Assembly (NCBI GenBank): GCA_964016885.1 | Contig: CAXHJY010000184.1 | Span: 186,001 to 250,000 of the forward strand | DNA length: 64,000 nt | DNA from: Eledone cirrhosa | Lineage: Eukaryota | Direction: 5' to 3' | In this document: positions 1-14,200 of the stretch, one piece after another | Layout of the letters: each line of letters begins with the position of its first letter | How positions within the stretch are numbered: the first letter of the stretch is position 1 | The notes under the pieces: generated by a model | Database searches by the model: none | What the model was told of the DNA's origin: nothing | The model's input: only the letters and a program-made list of their open reading frames with translations | Position numbers and translations under genes: made by a program

Positions 1-3000
1 AGGACTATAGTCTTTCCCAATCACTACAGGACTATAGTCTTTCCCAGTCACTACAGGACTATAGTCTTTCCCAGTCACTACAGGACTATAGTCTTTCCCA
101 GTCACTACAGGACTACATTCTTTCCCAGTCACTACAGGACTATAGTCTTTCCCAATCACTACAGGTCTATAGTCTTTCCCAGTCACTACAGGACTATAGT
201 CTTTCCCAGTCACTACAGGACTATAGTCTTTCCCAATCACTACAGGACTATAGTCTTTCCCAGTCACTACAGGACTATAGTCTTTCCCAGTCACTACAGG
301 ACTATAGTCTTTCCCAGTCACTACAGGACTATAGTCTTTCCCAGTCACTACAGGACTATAGTCTTTCCCAGTCACTACAGGACTATAGTCTTTCCCAGTC
401 ACTACAGGACTATAGTCTTTCCCAGTCACTACAGGACTATAGTCTTTCCCAGTCACTACAGGACTATAGTCTTTCCCAGTCACTACAGGACTATAGTCTT
501 TCCCAGTCACTACAGGACTATAGTCTTTCCCAGTCACTACAGGACTATAGTCTTTCCCAGTCACTACAGGACTATAGTATTTCCCAGTCACTATAGGACT
601 ATAGTCTTTCCCAGTCACTACAGGACTATAGTCTTTCCCAGTCACTACAGGGCTATAGTCTTTCCCAGTCACTACATGACTACAGTCTTTCCCAGTCACA
701 ACAGGACTATAGTCTTTCCCAGTCACTACAGGACTATAGTCTTTCCCAGTCACTACAGGACTATAGTCTTTCCCAATCACTACAGGACTATAGTCTTTCC
801 CAATCACTACAGGACTATAGTCTTTCCCAGTCACTGCAGGACTATAGTCTTTCCCAATCACTACAGGACTATAGTCTTTCCCAGTCACTACAAGACTATA
901 GTCTTTCCCAATCACTACAGGACTATAGTCTTTCCCAGTCACTACAGGACTATAGTCTTTCCCAGTCACTACAGGACTATAGTCTTTCCCAGTCACTACA
1001 GGACTATAGTTTTTCCCAGTCACTACAGGACTATAGTCTTTCCCAATCACTACAGGACTATAATCTTTCCCAATCACTACAGGACTATAGTCTTTCCCAG
1101 TCACTACAAGACTATAGTCTTTCCCAGTCACTACAGGACTATAGTCTTTCCCAATCACTACAGGACTATAGTCTTTCCCAGTCACTACAGGACTATAGTC
1201 TTTCCCAGTCACTACAGGACTATAGTCTTTCCCAGTCACTACAGGACTATAGTCTTTCCCAGTCACTACAGGACTATAGTCTTTCCCAATCACTACAAGA
1301 CTATAGTCTTTCCCAGTCACTACAGGACTATAGTCTTTCCCAATCACTACAGGACTATAGTCTTTCCCAGTCACTACAGGACTATAGTCTTTCCCAGTCA
1401 CTACAGGACTATAGTCTTTCCCAGTCACTACAGGACTACATTCTTTCCCAGTCACTACAGGACTATAGTCTTTCCCAATCACTACAGGTCTATAGTCTTT
1501 CCCAGTCACTACAGGACTATAGTCTTTCCCAGTCACTACAGGACTATAGTCTTTCCCAATCACTACAGGACTATAGTCTTTCCCAGTCACTACAGGACTA
1601 TAGTCTTTCCCAGTCACTACAGGACTATAGTCTTTCCCAGTCACTACAGGACTATAGTCTTTCCCAGTCACTACAGGACTATAGTCTTTCCCAGTCACTA
1701 CAGGACTATAGTCTTTCCCAGTCACTACAGGACTATAGTCTTTCCCAGTCACTACAGGACTATAGTCTTTCCCAGTCACTACAGGACTATAGTCTTTCCC
1801 AATCACTACAGGACTATAGTCTTTCCCAGTCACTACAGGACTATAGTCTTTCCCAGTCACTACAGGACTATAGTCTTTCCCAGTCACTACAGGACTATAG
1901 TCTTTCCCAGTCACTACAAGACTATAGTCTTTCCCAATCACTACAGGACTATAGTCTTTCCCAATCACTACAGGACTATAGTCTTTCCCAATCACTACAG
2001 GACTATAGTCTTTCCCAGTCACTACAGGACTATAGTCTTTCCCAGTCACTACAAGACTATAGTCTTTCCCAATCACTACAGGACTATAGTCTTTCCCAAT
2101 CACTACAGGACTATAGACTTTCCCAATCACTACAAGACTATAGTCTTTCCCAGTCACTACAGGACTATAGTCTTTCCCAGTCACTACAGGACTATAGTCT
2201 TTCCCAGTCACTACAGGACTATAGTCTTTCCCAGTCACTACAGGACTATAGTCTTTCCCAGTCACTACAGGACTATAGTCTTTCCCAGTCACTACAGGAC
2301 TATAGTCTTTCCCAGTCACTACAGGACTATAGTATTTCCCAGTCACTACAGGACTATAGTCTTTCCCAGTCACTACAGGACTATAGTCTTTCCCAGTCAC
2401 TACAGGACTACAGTCTTTCCCAGTCACTACAGGACTATAGTCTTTCCCAGTCACTACAGGACTATAGTCTTTCCCAGTCACTACAGGACTATAGTCTTTC
2501 CCAATGACTACAGGACTATAGTCTTTCCCAATCACTACAGGACTATAGTCTTTCCCAATCACTGCAGGACTATAGTCTTTCCCAATCACTACAGGACTAT
2601 AGTCTTTCCCAGTCACTACAAGACTATAGTCTTTCCCAATCACTACAGGACTATAGTCTTTCCCAATCACTACAGGACTATAGTCTTTCCCAGTCACTAC
2701 AGGACTATAGTCTTTCCCAGTCACTACAGGACTATAGTATTTCCCAGTCACTACAGGACTATAGTCTTTCCCAGTCACTACATGACTACAGACTTTCCCA
2801 GTCACTACAGGACTATAGTCTTTCCCAGTCACTACAGGACTATAGTCTTTCCCAGTCACTACAGGACTATAGTCTTTCCCAATCACTACAGGACTATAGT
2901 CTTTCCCAGTCACTACAGGACTATAGTCTTTCCCAGTCACTACAAGACTATAGTCTTTCCCAGTCACTACAGGATTATAGTCTTTCCCAATCACTACAGG

Positions 3001-4752
3001 ACTATAGTCTTTCCCAGTCACTACAGGACTATAGTCTTTCCCAGTCACTACAGGACTATAGTCTTTCCCAATCACTACAGGACTATAGTCTTTCCCAGTC
3101 ACTACAGGACTATAGTCTTTCCCAGTCACTACAGGACTATAGTCTTTCCCAGTCACTACAGGACTATAGTCTTTCCCAGTCACTACAGGACTATAGTCTT
3201 TCCCAGTCACTACAGGACTATAGTCTTTCCCAATCACTACAGGACTATAGTCTTTCCCAGTCACTACAGGACTATAGTCTTTCCCAGTCACTACAAGACT
3301 ATAGTCTTTCCCAGTCACTACAGGACTATAGTCTTTCCCAATCACTACAGGACTATAGTCTTTCCCAGTCACTACAGGACTATAGTCTTTCCCAGTCACT
3401 ACAGGACTATAGTCTTTCCCAGTCACTACAGGACTATAGTCTTTCCCAGTCACTACAGGACTATAGTCTTTCCCAGTCACTACAGGACTATAGTCTTTCT
3501 CAGTCACTACAAGACTATAGTCTTTCCCAATCACTACAGGACTATAGTCTTTCCCAATCACTACAGGACTATAGTCTTTCCCAATCACTACAGGACTATA
3601 GTCTTTCCCAGTCACTACAGGACTATAGTCTTTCCCAGTCACTACAGGACTATAGTCTTTCCCAGTCACTACAAGACTATAGCCTTTCCCAATCACTACA
3701 GGACTATAGTCTTTCCCAGTCACTACAGGACTATAGTCTTTCCCAATCACTACAGGACTATAGTCTTTCCCAGTCACTACAAGACTATAGTCTTTCCCAA
3801 TCACTACAGGACTATAGTCTTTCCCAATCACTACAGGACTATAGTCTATCCCTGTCACTACAGGACTATAGTCTTTCCCAGTCACTACAGGACTATAGTA
3901 TTTCCCAGTCACTACAGGACTATAGTTTTCCCAGTCACTACAGGACTATAGTCTTTCCCAGTCACTACAGGACTATAGTCTTTCCCAGTCACTACAGGAC
4001 TATAGTCTTTCCCAGTCACTACAGGACTATAGTCTTTCCCAGTCACTACAGGACTATAGTCTTTCCCAGTCACTACAGGACTATAGTCTTTCCCAGTCAC
4101 TACAGGACTATAGTCTTTCCCAGTCACTACAAGACTATAGTCTTTCCCAATCACTACAGGACTATAGTCTTTCCCACATCACTACAGGACTATAGTCTTT
4201 CCCAATCACTACAGGACTATAGTCTTTCCCAGTCACTACAGGACTATAGTCTTTCCCAGTCACTACAAGACTATAGTCTTTCCCAATCACTACAGGACTA
4301 TAGTCTTTCCCAATCACTACAGGACTATAGTCTTTCCCAATCACTACAGGACTACATTCTTTCCCAGTCACTACAGGACTATAGTCTTTCCCAGTCACTA
4401 CAGGACTATAGTCTTTCCCAGTCACTACAGGACTATAGTCTTTCCCAGTCACTACAGGACTATAGTCTTTCCCAATCACTACAGGTCTATAGTCTTTCCC
4501 AGTCACTACAGGACTACATTCTTTCCCAGTCACTACAGGACTATAGTCTTTCCCAATCACTACAGGACTATAGTCCTTCCCAGTCACTACAGGACTACAT
4601 TCTTTCCCAGTCACTACAGGACTATAGTCTTTCCCAATCACCACAGGACTATAGTCTTTCCCAGTCACTACAGGACTATAGTCTTTCCCAATCACTACAG
4701 GACTATAGTCTTTCCCAGTCACTACAAGACTATAGTCTTTCCCAGTCACTAC

Positions 4753-4783
4753 AAGACTATAGTCTTGCCCAGTCAGTCACTAC
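4753..4783 (+). repeat. 31-bp landmark variant monomer AAGACTATAGTCTTGCCCAGTCAGTCACTAC (first of 20 copies)
   Basis: G>A, T>G and a 4-bp AGTC duplication relative to consensus. Copies start at 4753, 8751, 10024, 13698, 14971, 21509, 32367, 33153, 34615, 35483, 36918, 38164, 41543, 43275, 46789, 48224, 51009, 52444, 53960 and 61687. Each matches a minus-strand ORF ending in TDWARL. Confidence 0.95.
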
Positions 4784-5299
4784 AGGACTATAGTCTTTTC
4801 CAGTCACTACAGGACTATAGTCTTTCCCAGTCACTACAGGACTATAGTCTTTCCAAGTCACTACAGGACTATAGTCTTTCCCAGTCACTACAGGACTATA
4901 GTCTTTCCCAGTCACTACAAGACTATAGTCTTTCCCAGTCACTACAGGATTATAGTCTTTCCCAATCACTACAGGACTATAGTCTTTCCCAGTCACTACA
5001 GGACTATAGTCTTTCCCAGTCACTCCAGGACTATAGTCTTTCCCAATCACTACAGGACTATAGTCTTTCCCAGTCACTACAGGACTATAGTCTTTCCCAG
5101 TCACTACAGGACTATAGTCTTTCTCAATCACTACAGGACTATAGTCTTTCCCAATCACTACAGGACTATAGTCTTTCCCAGTCACTACAGGACTATAGTC
5201 TTTCCCAGTCACTACAGCACTATAGTCTTTCCCAGTCACTACAGGACTATAGTCTTTCCCAGTCACTACAGGACTATAGTCTTTCCCAGTCACTCCAGG

Positions 5300-8200
5300 A
5301 CTATAGTCTTTCCCAATCACTACAGGACTATAGTCTTTCCCAGTCACTACAGGACTATAGTCTTTCCCAGTCACTACAGGACTACATTCTTTCCCAGTCA
5401 CTACAGGACTATAGTCTTTCCCAGTCACTACAGGACTATAGACTTTCCCAATCACTACAAGACTATAGTCTTTCCCAGTCACTACAGGACTATAGTCTTT
5501 CCCAGTCACTACAGGACTATAGTCTTTCCCAGTCACTACAGGACTATAGTCTTTCCCAGTCACTACAGGACTATAGTCTTTCCCAGTCACTACAGGACTA
5601 TAGTCTTTCCCAGTCACTACAGGACTATAGTCTTTCCCAGTCACTACAGGACTATAGTATTTCCCAGTCACTACAGGACTATAGTCTTTCCCAGTCACTA
5701 CAGGACTATAGTCTTTCCCAGTCACTACAGGGCTATAGTCTTTCCCAGTCACTACAGGACTACAGTCTTTCCCAGTCACTACAGGACTATAGTCTTTCCC
5801 AGTCACTACAGGACTATAGTCTTTCCCAGTCACTACAGGACTATAGTCTTTCCCAATCACTACAGGACTATAGTCTTTCCCAATCACTACAGGACTATAG
5901 TCTTTCCCAGTCACTGCAGGACTATAGTCTTTCCCAATCACTACAGGACTATAGTCTTTCCCAGTCACTACAAGACTATAGTCTTTCCCAATCACTACAG
6001 GACTATAGTCTTTCCCAATCACTACAGGACTATAGTCTTTCCCAGTCACTACAGGACTATAGTCTTTCCCAGTCACTACAGGACTATAGTATTTCCCAGT
6101 CACTACAGGACTATAGTCTTTCCCAGTCACTACAGGACTATAGCCTTTCCCAGTCACTACAGGGCTATAGTCTTTCCCAGTCACTACATGACTACAGACT
6201 TTCCCAGTCACTACAGGACTATAGTCTTTCCCAGTCACTACAGGACTATAGTCTTTCCCAGTCACTACAGGACTATAGTCTTTCCCAATCACTACAGGAC
6301 TATAGTCTTTCCCAGTCACTACAGGACTATAGTCTTTCCCAGTCACTACAAGACTATAGTCTTTCCCAGTCACTACAGGATTATAGTCTTTCCCAATCAC
6401 TACAGGACTATAGTCTTTCCCAGTCACTACAGGACTATAGTCTTTCCCAGTCACTACAGGGCTATAGTCTTTCCCAATCACTACAGGACTATAGTCTTTC
6501 CCAGTCACTACAGGACTATAGTCTTTCCCAGTCACTACAGGACTATAGTCTTTCCCAGTCACTACAGGACTATAGTCTTTCCCAGTCACTACAGGACTAT
6601 AGTCTTTCCCAATCACTACAGGACTATAGTCTTTCCCAGTCACTACAGGACTATAGTCTTTCCCAGTCACTACAAGACTATAGTCTTTCCCAGTCACTAC
6701 AGGACTATAGTCTTTCCCAATCACTACAGGACTATAGTCTTTCCCAGTCACTACAGGACTATAGTCTTTCCCAGTCACTACAGGACTATAGTCTTTCCCA
6801 GTCACTACAGGACTATAGTCTTTCCCAGTCACTACAGGACTATAGTCTTTCCCAGTCACTACAGGACTATAGTCTTTCCCAGTCACTACAAGACTATAGT
6901 CTTTCCCAATCACTACAGGACTATAGTCTTTCCCAATCACTACAGGACTATAGTCTTTCCCAATCACTACAGGACTATAGTCTTTCCCAGTCACTACAGG
7001 ACTATAGTCTTTCCCAGTCACTACAGGACTATAGTCTTTCCCAGTCACTACAAGACTATAGTCTTTCCCAATCACTACAGGACTATAGTCTTTCCCAGTC
7101 ACTACAGGACTATAGTCTTTCCCAATCACTACAGGACTATAGTCTTTCCCAGTCACTACAAGACTATAGTCTTTCCCAATCACTACAGGACTATAGTCTT
7201 TCCCAATCACTACAGGACTATAGTCTATCCCAGTCACTACAGGACTATAGTCTTTCCCAGTCACTACAGGACTATAGTATTTCCCAGTCACTACAGGACT
7301 ATAGTTTTCCCAGTCACTACAGGACTATAGTCTTTCCCAGTCACTACAGGACTATAGTCTTTCCCAGTCACTACAGGACTATAGTCTTTCCCAGTCACTA
7401 CAGGACTATAGTCTTTCCCAGTCACTACAGGACTATAGTCTTTCCCAGTCACTACAGGACTATAGTCTTTCCCAGTCACTACAGGACTATAGTCTTTCCC
7501 AGTCACTACAAGACTATAGTCTTTCCCAATCACTACAGGACTATAGTCTTTCCCAATCACTACAGGACTATAGTCTTTCCCAATCACTACAGGACTATAG
7601 TCTTTCCCAGTCACTACAGGACTATAGTCTTTCCCAGTCACTACAAGACTATAGTCTTTCCCAATCACTACAGGACTATAGTCTTTCCCAATCACTACAG
7701 GACTATAGTCTTTCCCAATCACTACAAGACTATAGTCTTTCCCAGTCACTACAGGACTATAGTCTTTCCCAGTTACTACAGGACTATAGTCTTCCCAGTC
7801 ACTACAGGACTATAGTCTTTCCCAGTCACTACAGGACTATAGTCTTTCCCAGTCACTACAGGACTATAGTCTTTCCCAGTCACTACAGGACTATAGTCTT
7901 TCCCAGTCACTACAGGACTACATTCTTTCCCAGTCACTACAGGACTATAGTCTTTCCCAGTCACTACAGGACTATAGTCTTTCCCAGTCACTACAGGATT
8001 ATAGTCTTTCCCAGTCACTACAGGACTATAGTCTTTCCCAATCACTACAGGTCTATAGTCTTTCCCAGTCACTACAGGACTACATTCTTTCCCAGTCACT
8101 ACAGGACTATAGTCTTTCCCAGTCACTACAGGACTATAGTCTTTCCCAGTCACTACAGGGCTATAGTCTTTCCCAGTCACTACAGGACTACATTCTTTCC

Positions 8201-11200
8201 CAGTCACTACAGGACTATAGTCTTTCCCAGTCACTACAGGATTATAGTCTTTACCAGTCACTACAGGACTATAGTCTTTCCCAGTCACTACAGGACTATA
8301 GTCTTTCCCAATCACTACAGGACTATAGTCTTTCCCAGTCACTACAGGACTACATTCTTTCCCAGTCACTACAGGACTATAGTCTTTCCCAATCACTACA
8401 GGACTATAGTCTTTCCCAGTCACTACAGGACTACATTCTTTCCCATTCACTACAGGACTATAGTCTTTCCCAGTCACTACAGGACTATAGTCTTTCCCAG
8501 TCACTACAGGACTATAGTCTTTCCCAGTCACTACAGGACTATAGTCTTTCCCAATCACTACAGGACTATAGTCTTTCCCAGTCACTACAGGACTACATTC
8601 TTTCCCAGTCACTACAGGACTATAGTCTTTCCCAATCACCACAGGACTATAGTCTTTCCCAGTCACTACAGGACTATAGTCTTTCCCAATCACTACAGGA
8701 CTATAGTCTTTCCCAGTCACTACAAGACTATAGTCTTTCCCAGTCACTACAAGACTATAGTCTTGCCCAGTCAGTCACTACAGGACTATAGTCTTTTCCA
8801 GTCACTACAGGACTATAGTCTTTCCCAGTCACTACAGGACTATAGTCTTTCCCAGACACTACAGGACTATAGTCTTTCCCAGTCACTACAGCACTATAGT
8901 CTTTCCCAGTCACTACAGGACTATAGTCTTTCCCAATCACTACAGGACTACATTCTTTCCCAGTCACTACAGGACTATAGACTTTCCCAGTCACTACAGG
9001 ACTATAGTCTTTCCCAGTCACTACAGGACTATAGTCTTTCCCAGTCACTACAGGACTATAGTTTTTCCCAGTCACTACAGGACTATAGTCTTTCCCAATC
9101 ACTACAGGACTATAGTCTTTCCCAATCACTACAGGACTATAGTCTTTCCCAATCACTACAGGACTATAGTCTTTCCCAGTCACTACAGGACTATAGTCAT
9201 TCCTAGTCACTACAGGACTATAGTCTTTCCCAGTCACTACAGGACTACATTCTTTCCCAGTCACTACAGGACTTTAGTCTTTCCCAATCACTACAGGACT
9301 ATAGTCTTTCCCAGTCACTACAGGACTATAGTCTTTCCCAGTCACTACAGGACTATAGTCTTTCCCAATCACTACAGGACTATAGTCTTTCCCAGTCACT
9401 ACAGGACTATAGTCTTTGCCAGTCACTACAGGACTATAGTCTTTCCCAGTCACTACAGGACTATAGTCTTTCCCAGTCACTACAGGACTATAGTCTTTCC
9501 CAGTCACTACAGGACTATAGTCTTTCCCAGTCACTACAGGACTATAGTCTTTCCCAGTCACTACAGGACTATAGTCTTTCCCAGTCACTACAGGACTATA
9601 GTCCTTCCCAGTCGCTACAGGACTATAGTCTTTCCCAATCACTACAGGACTATAGTCTTTCCCAGTCACTACAGGACTATAGTCTTTCCCAATCACTACA
9701 GGACTATAGTCTTTCCCAGTCACTACAGGACTACATTCTTTCCCAGTCACTACAGGACTATAGTCATTCCCAGTCACTACAGGACTATAGTCTTTCCCAA
9801 TCACTACAGGACTATAGTCTTTCCCAGTCACTACAGGACTACATTCTTTCCCAGTCACTACAGGACTATAGTCCTTCCCAGTCACTACAGGACTATAGTC
9901 TTTCCCAATCACCACAGGACTATAGTCTTTCCCAGTCACTACAGGACTATAGTCTTTCCCAATCACTACAGGACTATAGTCTTTCCCAGTCACTACAAGA
10001 CTATAGTCTTTCCCAGTCACTACAAGACTATAGTCTTGCCCAGTCAGTCACTACAGGACTATAGTCTTTTCCAGTCACTACAGGACTATAGTCTTTCCCA
10101 GTCACTACAGGACTATAGTCTTTCCCAGTCACTACAGGACTATAGTTTTTCCCAGTCACTACAGGACTATAGTCTTTCCCAATCACTACAGGACTATAGT
10201 CTTTCCCAGTCACTACAGGACTATAGTCTTTCCCAGTCACTACAGGACTACATTCTTTCCCAGTCACTACAGGACTATAGTCTTTCCCAGTCACTACAGG
10301 ACTATAGTCTTTCCCAGTCACTACAGGACTATAGACTTTCCCAATCACTACAAGACTATAGTCTTTCCCAGTCACTACAGGACTATAGTCTTTCCCAGTC
10401 ACTACAGGACTATAGTCTTTCCCAGTCACTACAGGACTATAGTCTTTCCCAGTCACTACAGGACTATAGTCTTTCCCAGTCACTACAGGACTATAGTCTT
10501 TCCCAGTCACTACAGGACTATAGTCTTTCCCAGTCACTACAGGACTATAGTATTTCCCAGTCACTACAGGACTATAGTCTTTCCCAGTCACTACAGGACT
10601 ATAGTCTTTCCCAGTCACTACAGGGCTATAGTCTTTCCCAGTCACTACAGGACTACAGTCTTTCCCAGTCACTACAGGACTATAGTCTTTCCCAGTCACT
10701 ACAGGACTATAGTCTTTCCCAGTCACTACAGGACTATAGTCTTTCCCAATCACTACAGGACTATAGTCTTTCCCAATCACTACAGGACTATAGTCTTTCC
10801 CAGTCACTGCAGGACTATAGTCTTTCCCAATCACTACAGGACTATAGTCTTTCCCAGTCACTACAAGACTATAGTCTTTCCCAATCACTACAGGACTATA
10901 GTCTTTCCCAATCACTACAGGACTATAGTCTTTCCCAGTCACTACAGGACTATAGTCTTTCCCAGTCACTACAGGACTATAGTATTTCCCAGTCACTACA
11001 GGACTATAGTCTTTCCCAGTCACTACAGGACTATAGCCTTTCCCAGTCACTACAGGGCTATAGTCTTTCCCAGTCACTACATGACTACAGACTTTCCCAG
11101 TCACTACAGGACTATAGTCTTTCCCAGTCACTACAGGACTATAGTCTTTCCCAGTCACTACAGGACTATAGTCTTTCCCAATCACTACAGGACTATAGTC

Positions 11201-14200
11201 TTTCCCAGTCACTACAGGACTATAGTCTTTCCCAGTCACTACAAGACTATAGTCTTTCCCAGTCACTACAGGATTATAGTCTTTCCCAATCACTACAGGA
11301 CTATAGTCTTTCCCAGTCACTACAGGACTATAGTCTTTCCCAGTCACTACAGGACTATAGTCTTTCCCAATCACTACAGGACTATAGTCTTTCCCAGTCA
11401 CTACAGGACTATAGTCTTTCCCAGTCACTACAGGACTATAGTCTTTCCCAGTCACTACAGGACTATAGTCTTTCCCAGTCACTACAGGACTATAGTCTTT
11501 CCCAATCACTACAGGACTATAGTCTTTCCCAGTCACTACAGGACTATAGTCTTTCCCAGTCACTACAAGACTATAGTCTTTCCCAGTCACTACAGGACTA
11601 TAGTCTTTCCCAATCACTACAGGACTATAGTCTTTCCCAGTCACTACAGGACTATAGTCTTTCCCAGTCACTACAGGACTATAGTCTTTCCCAGTCACTA
11701 CAGGACTATAGTCTTTCCCAGTCACTACAGGACTATAGTCTTTCCCAGTCACTACAGGACTATAGTCTTTCCCAGTCACTACAAGACTATAGTCTTTCCC
11801 AATCACTACAGGACTATAGTCTTTCCCAATCACTACAGGACTATAGTCTTTCCCAATCACTACAGGACTATAGTCTTTCCCAGTCACTACAGGACTATAG
11901 TCTTTCCCAGTCACTACAGGACTATAGTCTTTCCCAGTCACTACAAGACTATAGTCTTTCCCAATCACTACAGGACTATAGTCTTTCCCAGTCACTACAG
12001 GACTATAGTCTTTCCCAATCACTACAGGACTATAGTCTTTCCCAGTCACTACAAGACTATAGTCTTTCCCAATCACTACAGGACTATAGTCTTTCCCAAT
12101 CACTACAGGACTATAGTCTATCCCAGTCACTACAGGACTATAGTCTTTCCCAGTCACTACAGGACTATAGTATTTCCCAGTCACTACAGGACTATAGTTT
12201 TCCCAGTCACTACAGGACTATAGTCTTTCCCAGTCACTACAGGACTATAGTCTTTCCCAGTCACTACAGGACTATAGTCTTTCCCAGTCACTACAGGACT
12301 ATAGTCTTTCCCAGTCACTACAGGACTATAGTCTTTCCCAGTCACTACAGGACTATAGTCTTTCCCAGTCACTACAGGACTATAGTCTTTCCCAGTCACT
12401 ACAAGACTATAGTCTTTCCCAATCACTACAGGACTATAGTCTTTCCCAATCACTACAGGACTATAGTCTTTCCCAATCACTACAGGACTATAGTCTTTCC
12501 CAGTCACTACAGGACTATAGTCTTTCCCAGTCACTACAAGACTATAGTCTTTCCCAATCACTACAGGACTATAGTCTTTCCCAATCACTACAGGACTATA
12601 GTCTTTCCCAATCACTACAAGACTATAGTCTTTCCCAGTCACTACAGGACTATAGTCTTTCCCAGTTACTACAGGACTATAGTCTTCCCAGTCACTACAG
12701 GACTATAGTCTTTCCCAGTCACTACAGGACTATAGTCTTTCCCAGTCACTACAGGACTATAGTCTTTCCCAGTCACTACAGGACTATAGTCTTTCCCAGT
12801 CACTACAGGGCTATAGTCTTTCACAGTCACTACAGGACTATAGTCTTTCCCAATCACTACAGGACTACATTCTTTCCCAGTCACTACAGGACTATAGTCT
12901 TTCCCAGTCACTACAGGACTATAGTCTTTCCCAGTCACTACAGGATTATAGTCTTTCCCAGTCACTACAGGACTATAGTCTTTCCCAATCACTACAGGTC
13001 TATAGTCTTTCCCAGTCACTACAGGACTACATTCTTTCCCAGTCACTACAGGACTATAGTCTTTCCCAGTCACTACAGGACTATAGTCTTTCCCAGTCAC
13101 TACAGGGCTATAGTCTTTCCCAGTCACTACAGGACTACATTCTTTCCCAGTCACTACAGGACTATAGTCTTTCCCAGTCACTACAGGACTATAGTCTTTA
13201 CCAGTCACTACAGGACTATAGTCTTTCCCAGTCACTACAGGACTATAGTCTTTCCCAATCACTACAGGACTATAGTCTTTCCCAGTCACTACAGGACTAC
13301 ATTCTTTCCCAGTCACTACAGGACTATAGTCTTTCCCAATCACTACAGGACTATAGTCTTTCCCAGTCACTACAGGACTACATTCTTTCCCATTCACTAC
13401 AGGACTATAGTCTTTCCCAGTCACTACAGGACTATAGTCTTTCCCAGTCACTACAGGACTATAGTCATTCCCAGTCACTACAGGACTATAGTCTTTCCCA
13501 ATCACTACAGGACTATAGTCTTTCCCAGTCACTACAGGACTACATTCTTTCCCAGTCACTACAGAACTATAGTCTTTCCCAATCACCACAGGACTATAGT
13601 CTTTCCCAGTCACTAAAGGACTATAGTCTTTCCCAATCACTACAGGACTATAGTCTTTCCCAGTCACTACAAGACTATAGTCTTTCCCAGTCACTACAAG
13701 ACTATAGTCTTGCCCAGTCAGTCACTACAGGACTATAGTCTTTTCCAGTCACTACAGGACTATAGTCTTTCCCAGTCACTACAGGACTATAGTCTTTCCC
13801 AGACACTACAGGACTATAGTCTTTCCCAGTCACTACAGCACTATAGTCTTTCCCAGTCACTACAGGACTATAGTCTTTCCCAATCACTACAGGACTACAT
13901 TCTTTCCCAGTCACTACAGGACTATAGACTTTCCCAGTCACTACAGGACTATAGTCTTTCCCAGTCACTACAGGACTATAGTCTTTCCCAGTCACTACAG
14001 GACTATAGTTTTTCCCAGTCACTACAGGACTATAGTCTTTCCCAATCACTACAGGACTATAGTCTTTCCCAATCACTACAGGACTATAGTCTTTCCCAAT
14101 CACTACAGAACTATAGTCTTTCCCAGTCACTACAGGACTATAGTCATTCCTAGTCACTACAGGACTATAGTCTTTCCCAGTCACTACAGGACTACATTCT

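Noticed and set aside
3-14. TATA box or intrinsic terminator at GACTATAGTC-TTT
   Set aside because: TATAG is not a TATAWAW consensus, the stem is short with only 3 T residues, and there is no associated gene.
110-128. ZNF143/THAP11-type ACTACAnnTCCCA motif in GGACTACATTCTTTCCCAG
   Set aside because: The spacing between ACTACA and TCCCA is 3 bp too long, and there is no promoter context.
4768-4780. 4-bp AGTC duplication as a transposon target-site footprint
   Set aside because: No element or terminal repeats are present. All 20 copies share the same flanking haplotype, which fits one slippage event later amplified.
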